In this document: positions 25,262 to 32,000 of the stretch, piece after piece
How positions within the stretch are numbered: the first letter of the stretch is position 1
Layout of the letters: each line of letters opens with the position of its first letter
Source: an uncultured archaeon
Lineage (GTDB): Archaea; Iainarchaeota; Iainarchaeia; Iainarchaeales; CSSED10-239
Length of the DNA stretch: 32,000 nucleotides
Direction: 5' to 3'
NCBI GenBank assembly: GCA_964586355.1
Contig: CAZPGO010000005.1
Location: 23,640 to 55,639, forward strand
Made by a program: the position numbers and the translations under genes
The notes under the pieces: generated by a model
Databases searched by the model: none
The model's input: the letters and a program-made list of their open reading frames with translations, nothing else
What the model was told of the DNA's origin: nothing

Positions 25262-28078
25262 TTATTTAATAATTTTCTTTAAAAAATCTCCAGTATAACT
25301 TTTTTTATTTTTAATAATTTCTTCTGGTGTGCCTTTACAAATAACCTCTCCCCCATATTTTCCACCATCTGGGCCAAGATCTATTATATAATCACAAGAT
25401 TTTATTACATCTAGATTGTGTTCAATAACAACAACAGTATTTCCTTTCTTAACTAACCGATCAAGAACCTCAATTAGTTTTTTAACATCATGAAAATGCA
25501 AACCAGTTGTTGGTTCATCTAAAAGATAAATGGTATTACCTGTATCTCTTTTAGATAGCTCTTTAGTTAACTTTATTCTTTGAGCTTCACCACCAGATAA
25601 AGTTACAGAATTTTGACCAAGTTTAATATAGGATAAACCAACATCCATTAATGTTTTTAGTTTTCTTTTTAAAGAAGGAATATTTTCAAAAAAGTAATAA
25701 GCTTCTTCTACTGACATATCAAGAACCTCAGCAATATTTTTATCTTTATATTTTATTTCTAAGGTTTTAGAATTAAATCTTTTACCCTTACACTCCTCAC
25801 AATCAACATAAATGTCAGGCAAAAAGTTCATCTCAATTTTTATTTGTCCATCACCTTGACAAGCTTCACATCTCCCACCTTTAACATTAAATGAAAATCT
25901 TCCAGAATTATATCCTCTAATCTTAGAATCTTCTAATTTACTAAATAAATCTCTAATATCATCAAGAACTTTGGTGTAAGTTGCTGGGTTTGATTTAGGT
26001 GTTCGTCCAATAGGAGATTGATCTATAGATATTACCTTGTCTATTTTTTCAGGGACATCTATATTTTTTACTTTGCCAATATTCATTTTTGATCTATAAA
26101 ATTTATTCATTAAAAAAGGATATAAGGTTTCATAAATTAAAGAAGATTTTCCAGATCCAGAAACACCAGTTACACAACTAAATACCCCAATTGGAATATC
26201 TATGTTAATATTTTTTAAATTATTTTCTTCGGCTCCAATTATTTTTATAAACTCTTTAGTTTTTCTTCTGTCTTTTGGAATTTCAATAAATTGAGTCCCG
26301 CAAAGATATTGACCTGTTAGTGATTCTTTATTAGCCATTATCTCCTTAGGTGTGCCAATAGCTATAATCTTTCCACCATGTATTCCTGCACCAGGACCAA
26401 TATCAATAACATAATCTGCTTGTTTTATTGTATCTTCATCATGTTCAACAACAATTACAGAATTACCAATATCTCTTAACTTACACAAAGTATCAATTAG
26501 TTTTTGATTATCTTTTTGATGCAAACCAATAGATGGCTCATCAAGAACATATAAGACACCAGTTAGATTAGTTCCAAGATTTGTTGCAAGTCTTATTCTT
26601 TGTGCTTCTCCACCAGATAATGTCCCTGTATTTCTGGATAATGTTAGATATCCTAAACCCACTTTTTCTAAAAACTCTAATCTAGAATTAATTTCTTTTA
26701 GAATATGTTTTGCGATTTCTTCTTCTTTTTTAGATAATTTTAATTTTTTAAAAAAATCTACTAATTCTAAGATAGAGAGATCTGTTAAATCAACAATTGA
26801 TTTATTAGCAATTTTTACATATAAGATTTTCTTTTTTAATCTTTTTCCATTACAAACCGTACAAGGAGAACTGTTCATGAATTTTTCCATTTCTGTTCTT
26901 CTGTATTCAGATTCTGTTTGTTTATATAGTCTTTGTGTTTGTGGAAGTAGTCCTTCCCAATTACCTGTGTAGTTAAAACTAGAAGTTCCATTTTTTCCAT
27001 TTAAATTAAAATTAATATTATCCTCTGAGCCGTACATTAATATTTTATATTGCTTTTCAGTTAGATCTTTTATTGGAGTTAAAGCAGAAAAACCATATTT
27101 CTTTGCAATTGTTGCAAGATGTTGTCCTCTCCAACCATCAATTGCATTTCTGTATATTGCTATTGCTCCATCAGCAATAGATTTATTTTTATCAGGAATT
27201 ATTAGATTTTCATCAAAATCCATCTTTATTCCAAGACCAGAACACTCTTCACAAGCCCCAAAAGGAGAATTAAAAGAAAACATTCTTGGTTGTAGTTCTT
27301 CAAAGGATAAACCACAGATTGGACAAGACATTTTAGAAGAATAGATCTTTTCTTTATTATCTATTAATATCTTAACTATTCCATCAGTGGATCTTTTTAT
27401 AGCAAGTTCAACATTTTCGACAATTCTAGATTTGTTTTCTTGATCTACTTTTATTTTATCAATTATAATATCAATATCATGCATTTTATATCTGTCAAGA
27501 ATTATTTTTTCATCAGTTCTTTTATTTTCATTGTTAACCCTTACTCTGGTGTATCCTTCTTTATTTAGATCTAAAAATAATTTTTCATAAGTTCCTTTTT
27601 TCTTTTGAATTATTGGGCAAAGAATAGTTATTTCTTTATTTAAGAATTCATTAAAGACATTTTCTGAAATTTTTTGAGGACTCATGGCTTGTATTTTTAT
27701 GTTGTGTTCTGGGCAATAAGCAGTTCCAACTCTTGCATACAATAATCTTAGATAATCATAAATTTCAGTAACCGTTCCAACTGTAGATCTTGGGTTTTTT
27801 GAAGTTGTTTTCTGTTCTATTGATATTGCTGGAGATAATCCTTCAATAGAATCAACATCTGGTTTTTTCATCATACCTAGAAACTGTCTAGCATAGCTTG
27901 ATAATGATTCAATATATCTTCTTTGGCCATCTGCATAGATAGTGTCAAATGCCAACGTTGATTTGCCAGATCCTGATAATCCAGTGATTATAACTAATTT
28001 TTCCTTAGGGATCTCTAGATCTATGTTTTTAAGGTTGTGCTCTCTTGCACCTTTAATAATTATTGATTTTGAAGTCAT
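25262..28078 (-). CDS. uvrA: Excinuclease ABC subunit A
   Basis: 938 aa with two ABC modules ([33 protein letters not shown]; LSGGEAQRIRLA, LSGGEAQRIKLT) and CxxC zinc modules (CPICG...CEEC, CTVCNG, CEACQGDG...CEECKG). Confidence 0.95.
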   Translation of the reverse strand: MTSKSIIIKGAREHNLKNIDLEIPKEKLVIITGLSGSGKSTLAFDTIYADGQRRYIESLSSYARQFLGMMKKPDVDSIEGLSPAISIEQKTTSKNPRSTVGTVTEIYDYLRLLYARVGTAYCPEHNIKIQAMSPQKISENVFNEFLNKEITILCPIIQKKKGTYEKLFLDLNKEGYTRVRVNNENKRTDEKIILDRYKMHDIDIIIDKIKVDQENKSRIVENVELAIKRSTDGIVKILIDNKEKIYSSKMSCPICGLSFEELQPRMFSFNSPFGACEECSGLGIKMDFDENLIIPDKNKSIADGAIAIYRNAIDGWRGQHLATIAKKYGFSALTPIKDLTEKQYKILMYGSEDNINFNLNGKNGTSSFNYTGNWEGLLPQTQRLYKQTESEYRRTEMEKFMNSSPCTVCNGKRLKKKILYVKIANKSIVDLTDLSILELVDFFKKLKLSKKEEEIAKHILKEINSRLEFLEKVGLGYLTLSRNTGTLSGGEAQRIRLATNLGTNLTGVLYVLDEPSIGLHQKDNQKLIDTLCKLRDIGNSVIVVEHDEDTIKQADYVIDIGPGAGIHGGKIIAIGTPKEIMANKESLTGQYLCGTQFIEIPKDRRKTKEFIKIIGAEENNLKNINIDIPIGVFSCVTGVSGSGKSSLIYETLYPFLMNKFYRSKMNIGKVKNIDVPEKIDKVISIDQSPIGRTPKSNPATYTKVLDDIRDLFSKLEDSKIRGYNSGRFSFNVKGGRCEACQGDGQIKIEMNFLPDIYVDCEECKGKRFNSKTLEIKYKDKNIAEVLDMSVEEAYYFFENIPSLKRKLKTLMDVGLSYIKLGQNSVTLSGGEAQRIKLTKELSKRDTGNTIYLLDEPTTGLHFHDVKKLIEVLDRLVKKGNTVVVIEHNLDVIKSCDYIIDLGPDGGKYGGEVICKGTPEEIIKNKKSYTGDFLKKIIK

Positions 28079-28168
28079 TTTTTTCGTATTTTCTTTTTTT
28101 CTATTTAAAGTTATAAAAATTAGATGTTATATATAATATATGATAAAAACATTATATATTCTTTTCTA

Positions 28169-28289
28169 GGGGGGTCTTGTCCACTGGAGCCTTTCTTAAA
28201 AAGAAAGCCTCGGGAAAGAACAAAAATGGTTACGCTTTTGTTGACACGCAATATAACCGGTTACGCTCGGTTAACGCGCAATTATAAGT
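28169..28289. other. GC-rich non-coding island: G6 run, imperfect hairpin and a tandem 31-bp repeat; candidate small RNA or regulator-binding array
   Basis: G6 at 28169..28174. Hairpin at 28187..28211 (GAGCCTTTCTT-AAA-AAGAAAGCCTC, 10 bp plus one C-C mismatch). Repeats at 28228..28258 (ggttacgcttttgttgacacgcaatataacc) and 28259..28289 (ggttacgctcggttaacgcgcaattataagt). Palindrome TAACCGGTTA at 28254..28263 spans the repeat junction. G+C is far above the neighbourhood. Confidence 0.6.
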
Positions 28290-28325
28290 TTATGCAAAAA
28301 CGAGATCAGAAAAAGTTTAATCAAA

Positions 28326-28348
28326 GAACCTTTTTCAAAAAAAGGTTC
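28326..28348 (-). terminator. Stem-loop (GAACCTTTTT / AAAAAGGTTC) followed on the minus strand by a T-rich stretch; likely terminator of the 28395..29087 gene
   Basis: 9-10 bp perfect stem with a 3-nt loop, 47 nt downstream of the minus-strand stop. On the minus strand it continues TTTGATTAAACTTTTTC. Confidence 0.45.
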
Positions 28349-28394
28349 ATCAAAAATGAAATAAAAAAATTAAGTGAAAATGAAATTAAAACAA

Positions 28395-29087
28395 TTATTT
28401 GTAAAACAAATGTGGGTTTTTATCTACAAATTTATTAATTAAACCATTTAAAAGAAACTGATCACCTTTTTTGAGATAAATGTATCCTAAAATAGATGCA
28501 AATAAAGCACCAATTGTGTCAAGTATAAAATCAATCATGGTGTCAATTACTCCAAGCCTAGTATTACAATATCCTTCGTTTGGACATAGATCTCTTGATT
28601 TTTGCATATTCATACCAAACATAGAATCCATTCCAAATTCAAACATTTCCCAAATAGCTCCAAAAGATAAAGTTATTAAAAAAATAATTAGACAAATAAA
28701 AAACGGGCTAGTTTTTATTTTTTCAGTTTTATATAAAACAGACATTATTCCAAAAACAATTAAACCAAGAGCAAAACCAGAAAATAAATGTAATAATGAA
28801 TCCCACCACCAAAATTTAAAATAAAAATTTCGCACCTCTCCTAAAAATACACCAGCATAAATAAAAAGTATTATTGTTATTTGTATTTCTGATGGTAGAA
28901 AAATACGATATCTTTTTTGAAAAAAATAAGGAATAAATATTAAAATAGTTGCAAGAATTGTTACAAAGAAAAAGTCCCAACGTTTGTTGAAGAATTCCAA
29001 AATTAATGCAATTATTAGTGTAAGTACTATAAAATAAGTTATATATTTCTGAATTCTATCAAAACCAACAACACTTTTTTTAACCAT
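28395..29087 (-). CDS. Multi-pass membrane protein of unknown function (possibly YjdF/DUF2238-like)
   Basis: About six hydrophobic helices, with conserved-looking polar motifs WWWDSLLHLFSGF and WEMFEFGMD...DTMIDFILDTIG. The family assignment is from memory and weak. Confidence 0.55.
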   Translation of the reverse strand: MVKKSVVGFDRIQKYITYFIVLTLIIALILEFFNKRWDFFFVTILATILIFIPYFFQKRYRIFLPSEIQITIILFIYAGVFLGEVRNFYFKFWWWDSLLHLFSGFALGLIVFGIMSVLYKTEKIKTSPFFICLIIFLITLSFGAIWEMFEFGMDSMFGMNMQKSRDLCPNEGYCNTRLGVIDTMIDFILDTIGALFASILGYIYLKKGDQFLLNGLINKFVDKNPHLFYK

Positions 29088-29220
29088 ATTTTTTATTCTT
29101 TTTAAATATTATAGATCTCTATAAATATATATATTACAAAGAGTTTAATAATTATACCTGTTTACTATATTTTAAAAGTTAGAATCTATTTAAAAACTCT
29201 TTTTTACTCTAAATATATTT

Positions 29221-30252
29221 ATGTTTTCAAATGCTAAATTTGTTTTTTCAAGATCTAAAATTATAGAAGAATATAATAAGATTTCAGAGATTAGTGATCT
29301 TTTAGCCTATAGTGTAAAAACAAATCCTTATATCGTTTCAACATTAGAAGAAAAAAAAGAATGTAGATTCTTAATACATCATATAAACGAAATAAAATAT
29401 ATAAAAAATAAAGAAAATATTCTTTATATGCTGCACTCTCCAGAAAAAGAAGAACTAGATCTAATCTTTCAAAATAATATTTCTTTTTTTATTGTGGATA
29501 ATAAAAAAGATCTAGAATATTTTTTAGAATACCTGAAAAAAAATAATAAGAAAGTAAATCTTTTATTAAGAATGAGATTAAAAGAATATACAGTTAATAC
29601 AGGAAAATATTTTGTGTATGGAATGTATTCTAATCAAATAAATGAACTAATTTTAAAACTAAAAGAAAATAAAAATATTGAAAAAATAGGGGTTCATTTT
29701 CATAGAAAAACACAAAACCTATCAGAGTGGAATCTAGTAAAAGAGCTTGAAGAAACTCTCTCTTATGAAACTTTTGAAATTATTGATTATATGGATATTG
29801 GTGGAGGAATTCCAATAGATTATAAAAATATAAAAGCAGAAACAATTTTAGATGTTTATAATAAAATTAAAAAACTAAAAGAATTCCTAAATAAAAAAAA
29901 CATAAAAATGATAATTGAACCAGGAAGGGCAATTGCTGGACCAAGTGGGAAACTAATTTGTAATATTAAAAATATTATTGATAACACAATTTTTATTGAT
30001 GCCTCTGTGTTTAATAGTCAAATGGACATTATTGTATCAAACATTAAACTATTAGTAAAAGGAGAAAAAGATTCAGGATCTTACTATGTAATAAAAGGAT
30101 TAACCCCAGCCTCAGAAGATATTTTTAGATATAGAGTATATTTAGAGAATCCAAAAATAGGAGATCAAATAATTTTTTTAAATGCTGGTGCTTATATTTA
30201 TCATACAGACCTTTTTTCTTTAGATAAATTAAAAGTTGAATTTGTTGATTAA
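29221..30252 (+). CDS. PLP-dependent fold-III (Orn/DAP/Arg) decarboxylase-family protein, short (343 aa)
   Basis: YSVKTNP (PLP Lys), GVHFHRKTQ, DIGGGIPIDY, IIEPGRAIAG, NAGAYIY. Substrate unknown; the agmatinase neighbour suggests arginine. Confidence 0.78.
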   Translation: MFSNAKFVFSRSKIIEEYNKISEISDLLAYSVKTNPYIVSTLEEKKECRFLIHHINEIKYIKNKENILYMLHSPEKEELDLIFQNNISFFIVDNKKDLEYFLEYLKKNNKKVNLLLRMRLKEYTVNTGKYFVYGMYSNQINELILKLKENKNIEKIGVHFHRKTQNLSEWNLVKELEETLSYETFEIIDYMDIGGGIPIDYKNIKAETILDVYNKIKKLKEFLNKKNIKMIIEPGRAIAGPSGKLICNIKNIIDNTIFIDASVFNSQMDIIVSNIKLLVKGEKDSGSYYVIKGLTPASEDIFRYRVYLENPKIGDQIIFLNAGAYIYHTDLFSLDKLKVEFVD

Positions 30253-30272
30253 TTTTTATTAGGTGAGTTTTA

Positions 30273-30980
30273 GTGTCAGAAATTGTAATTAATATTAGAA
30301 AAGATTTAAAGAAAAATTCAAATAAAAAAACAAAAGAAAGCTCAAAAAGATTTTTTAAAGAAGAAGTTATACTCTATGGTGTAAAAAGTGCAATTGTTTC
30401 AAAAATTGCAAAAAAATATTTTCAAGAAATAAAAGAATTAAATAAAAAAGAACTATTTTTAATTTGTGAAGAACTTTTAAAATCCGATTATTGTGAAGAA
30501 GCATACATTGTTTCTAATTGGTTGCCTAAAAAAATTGAGCTTTTTGAAGAAAAAGATATTAAGATTTTTAGAAAATGGATTGATCTATATATTAATAATT
30601 GGGCAAAATGTGATGGTTTTTGTAATCATACAATAGGAGATCTTTTAGAGACATTTCCAGAAATTATGCCAGAAATAAAATCTTGGTCAAAATCTAAAAA
30701 TAAATGGTTAAAGAGAGCATCAGCAGTTTCCTTAATCTTACCAGCAAGACAAGGCAAATATCTTAAAGATGCTTTTGAGATATCAGATGTTTTATTATTA
30801 GATCCTGAAGACATGGTTTTGAAAGGTTATGGTTGGTTATTAAAGGAAGCAAGTAGAAAACATCAAAAAGAAGTTTTATCTTATGTAATAAAAAATAAAA
30901 AAATAATGCCAAGAACCTCTCTTAGATATGCAATTGAGTTGATGCCAGAGAATCTAAGACAAAAAGCCATGAAAAAATAA
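30273..30980 (+). CDS. DNA alkylation repair protein, AlkD/AlkC-like HEAT-repeat family
   Basis: KESSKRFFKEEVILYGVKSAIVSKIAKKYF..., WAKCDGFC, KRASAVSL, KGYGWLLKEASRKH and MPRTSLRYAIELMP match my memory of the PF08713-type family. GTG start with AGGTGA 6 nt upstream. Confidence 0.72.
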   Translation: MSEIVINIRKDLKKNSNKKTKESSKRFFKEEVILYGVKSAIVSKIAKKYFQEIKELNKKELFLICEELLKSDYCEEAYIVSNWLPKKIELFEEKDIKIFRKWIDLYINNWAKCDGFCNHTIGDLLETFPEIMPEIKSWSKSKNKWLKRASAVSLILPARQGKYLKDAFEISDVLLLDPEDMVLKGYGWLLKEASRKHQKEVLSYVIKNKKIMPRTSLRYAIELMPENLRQKAMKK

Positions 30981-30993
30981 TTTGTGAAGATAT

Positions 30994-31872
30994 ATGAAAT
31001 TTATGAATTTACCAAAAGAGTTTAGAGATAAGAAAAGATCAAAGACAATAATTTTACCAATCTCTTTTAAAACAAAAACAACTAGAGAGAATAATTCGTG
31101 TAATGGTCCAAAAGAAATAATAAAAGCATCAAAAGAAATCGAATATTATGATTGTGATCTAAATTTTGAAGCTTATGAAAAAGGCATTTATCAAGAAGAT
31201 CTTCTAGAGATTAAAGAAAAAGATTTTAATAAGATTTCACACAAAATCTTGGACAAAATAAATAAAATTTATGACCCTAATAAATTTTTAATTACCTTAG
31301 GTTCAGACCATTCCACAACTATTCCAATAATTGAAGGAATATCTAAACACGAAAAAGAATTTGGGATAATTGTTTTTGATGCACATGCAGATCTTAGAGA
31401 GCCTTGGGGAAAAGAGACTTGGTGGCACGCTTGTACTTCTAGGTTGATCTCTAAAGATCACAAATCTTTGTTAGTTGGAATAAGATCTATGGATTATTAT
31501 GAAAAAGAATATTTAGATAATAATAAAAATATAGATTCAATACTTGCAAAAGATCTACTGTGCTCAAAAAACTCTTTTGATCTTTTAGAATGTAAGGAAT
31601 TTGATCAAAAATTAAAGAGATTACCAAAAAAGATATATCTTTCAATAGATGTTGATGTTTTTGATCCTTCTATTATTAGATCAACAGATACTCCTGAGCC
31701 AAATGGTCTAAACTGGATGCAGATAAATAATCTTTTAAAAAAGATCTTTAAAGAAAAAGATATTATAGGCGTAGATTTAACAGAATTTTCTCCAAAAAGA
31801 AAAGAGGCTTTTGCAGAAAGTTATGCATTAGCAAAGTTAGTTTATAGATTGATTGGTTACAAAAATAAATGA
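30994..31872 (+). CDS. Arginase-family ureohydrolase, agmatinase-like
   Basis: Mn-binding signatures GSDHSTTIPIIEG, VFDAHADLR and SIDVDVFDPS, plus DLTEFSP. GTGA lies 6 nt upstream of the ATG. The stop is followed by a T9 run. Confidence 0.85.
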   Translation: MKFMNLPKEFRDKKRSKTIILPISFKTKTTRENNSCNGPKEIIKASKEIEYYDCDLNFEAYEKGIYQEDLLEIKEKDFNKISHKILDKINKIYDPNKFLITLGSDHSTTIPIIEGISKHEKEFGIIVFDAHADLREPWGKETWWHACTSRLISKDHKSLLVGIRSMDYYEKEYLDNNKNIDSILAKDLLCSKNSFDLLECKEFDQKLKRLPKKIYLSIDVDVFDPSIIRSTDTPEPNGLNWMQINNLLKKIFKEKDIIGVDLTEFSPKRKEAFAESYALAKLVYRLIGYKNK

Positions 31873-31899
31873 TTTTTTTTTATATAGTAATCTTTATAT

Positions 31900-31920
31900 A
31901 TTATTATTATTATTATTATT
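31900..31920. repeat. (ATT)7 trinucleotide microsatellite directly abutting an ATG start codon
   Basis: Seven perfect ATT units run from 31900 to 31920, followed by ATG at 31921. TATA-like tttatata sits at 31893..31900 and ttttatata at 31878..31886. Confidence 0.9.
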
Positions 31921-32000
31921 ATGTTATTAAAAAAATACAGATCAGTTTCCCCTTTAATTGCTACAATTTTATTAATAGTTGTTAGCGTTATTTTAGTTAT
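31921..32000 (+). CDS. Archaeal type IV pilin-like protein, N-terminal fragment (continues beyond the window)
   Basis: MLLKKYRSVSPLIATILLIVVSVILV... has a short basic leader, then (S/G)VSPLIATILL and a hydrophobic helix. That is the class III signal / archaeal pilin N-terminal domain pattern. Only 26 codons are visible. Confidence 0.6.
   Translation, partial: MLLKKYRSVSPLIATILLIVVSVILV

Noticed and set aside
28169-28300. Identification of the GC island as RNase P RNA, SRP RNA, 5S rRNA, a split-tRNA half or a C/D-box sRNA
   Set aside because: I could not find the defining elements. There is no GGAAAGUCC-type CR-I beyond a weak GGGAAAGAAC, no SRP GGAA-loop helix, no cloverleaf half, and no RUGAUGA/CUGA boxes. 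The region is too short for RNase P or SRP. It is left as unclassified.
28124-28438. A 104-aa ORF spanning the GC-rich island
   Set aside because: There is no SD or promoter logic. The apparent internal peptide repeat merely mirrors the 31-bp DNA repeat. The ORF runs over a hairpin terminator and into the 3' end of the convergent membrane gene. The composition is unlike neighbouring genes.
28480-28824. A 114-aa plus-strand ORF, and the other short antisense ORFs in the track (632..847, 2481..2723, 3172..3402, 5176..5373, 6533..6829, 7050..7265, 9078..9350, 11429..11685, 15637..15822, 18635..18826, 20020..20205, 21822..22019, 27942..28136, 30626..30814)
   Set aside because: Each is nested inside, or antisense to, a longer ORF with clear family motifs. 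None has recognisable motifs or start signals.
1-32000. Mobile element, prophage or genomic island boundaries
   Set aside because: There are no integrase, transposase, terminal inverted repeats or tRNA-flanked direct repeats. The tRNA-Pro 3' end is not duplicated elsewhere in the window. Apart from the small island at 28169..28289, I saw no compositional break.

Overview
This is a very AT-rich (roughly 70-75% A+T by eye), tightly packed 32-kb segment that is almost entirely coding. It most likely comes from a small-genome, DPANN-like archaeon. The evidence is an archaeal-type ProRS, an ATP-dependent DNA ligase, a KaiC-like ATPase, a COG1750-like exported Lon-type protease, an archaeal type IV pilin signal at the 3' edge, TATA-like boxes about 25 nt upstream of many starts, and GGTGA/GTGA Shine-Dalgarno elements. 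Bacterial-looking genes (UvrA/UvrC, an acyltransferase) are mixed in. All product calls rest on motif recognition from the supplied translations; no database search was possible.

Gene order:
- hisS (3' part), a decayed antitoxin-like mini-gene, alaS (no C-Ala domain), and a membrane-anchored tandem Nuc/PLD nuclease
- tRNA-Pro(UGG), a Lys-rich unknown, proS, and DNA ligase
- a convergent KaiC-like ATPase
- scpA, scpB and a membrane-anchored Lon-like protease
- a decaying K+ channel pseudogene
- a DUF2178-like/XRE pair and a small membrane protein
- a minus-strand ABC ATPase / COG1361-like wall protein / FtsX permease operon, with a divergent membrane-bound wHTH regulator and a 40-bp tandem repeat in the shared promoter
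- a uridine-kinase-like protein
- an ArsR-glutaredoxin-peroxiredoxin operon behind a perfect 20-bp palindrome
- a transglutaminase-like membrane protein, purA, and a PlsC-like acyltransferase
- minus-strand uvrA, antitoxin, RelE-like toxin and uvrC
- a GC-rich non-coding island with tandem 31-bp repeats
- a membrane protein
- a PLP decarboxylase, an AlkD-like protein and an agmatinase-family protein
- an (ATT)7 microsatellite abutting the start of a pilin-like gene

I found no rRNA, CRISPR array, transposase or integrase.

The most interesting items are the toxin-antitoxin pair translationally overlapped with uvrC, the GC-rich repeat island upstream of uvrA, and the ABC/COG1361/membrane-regulator module with its repeat-bearing promoter. 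Others worth a look are the scpAB-protease operon, the microsatellite-fronted pilin gene, and a window-wide excess of GATC/AGATCT.
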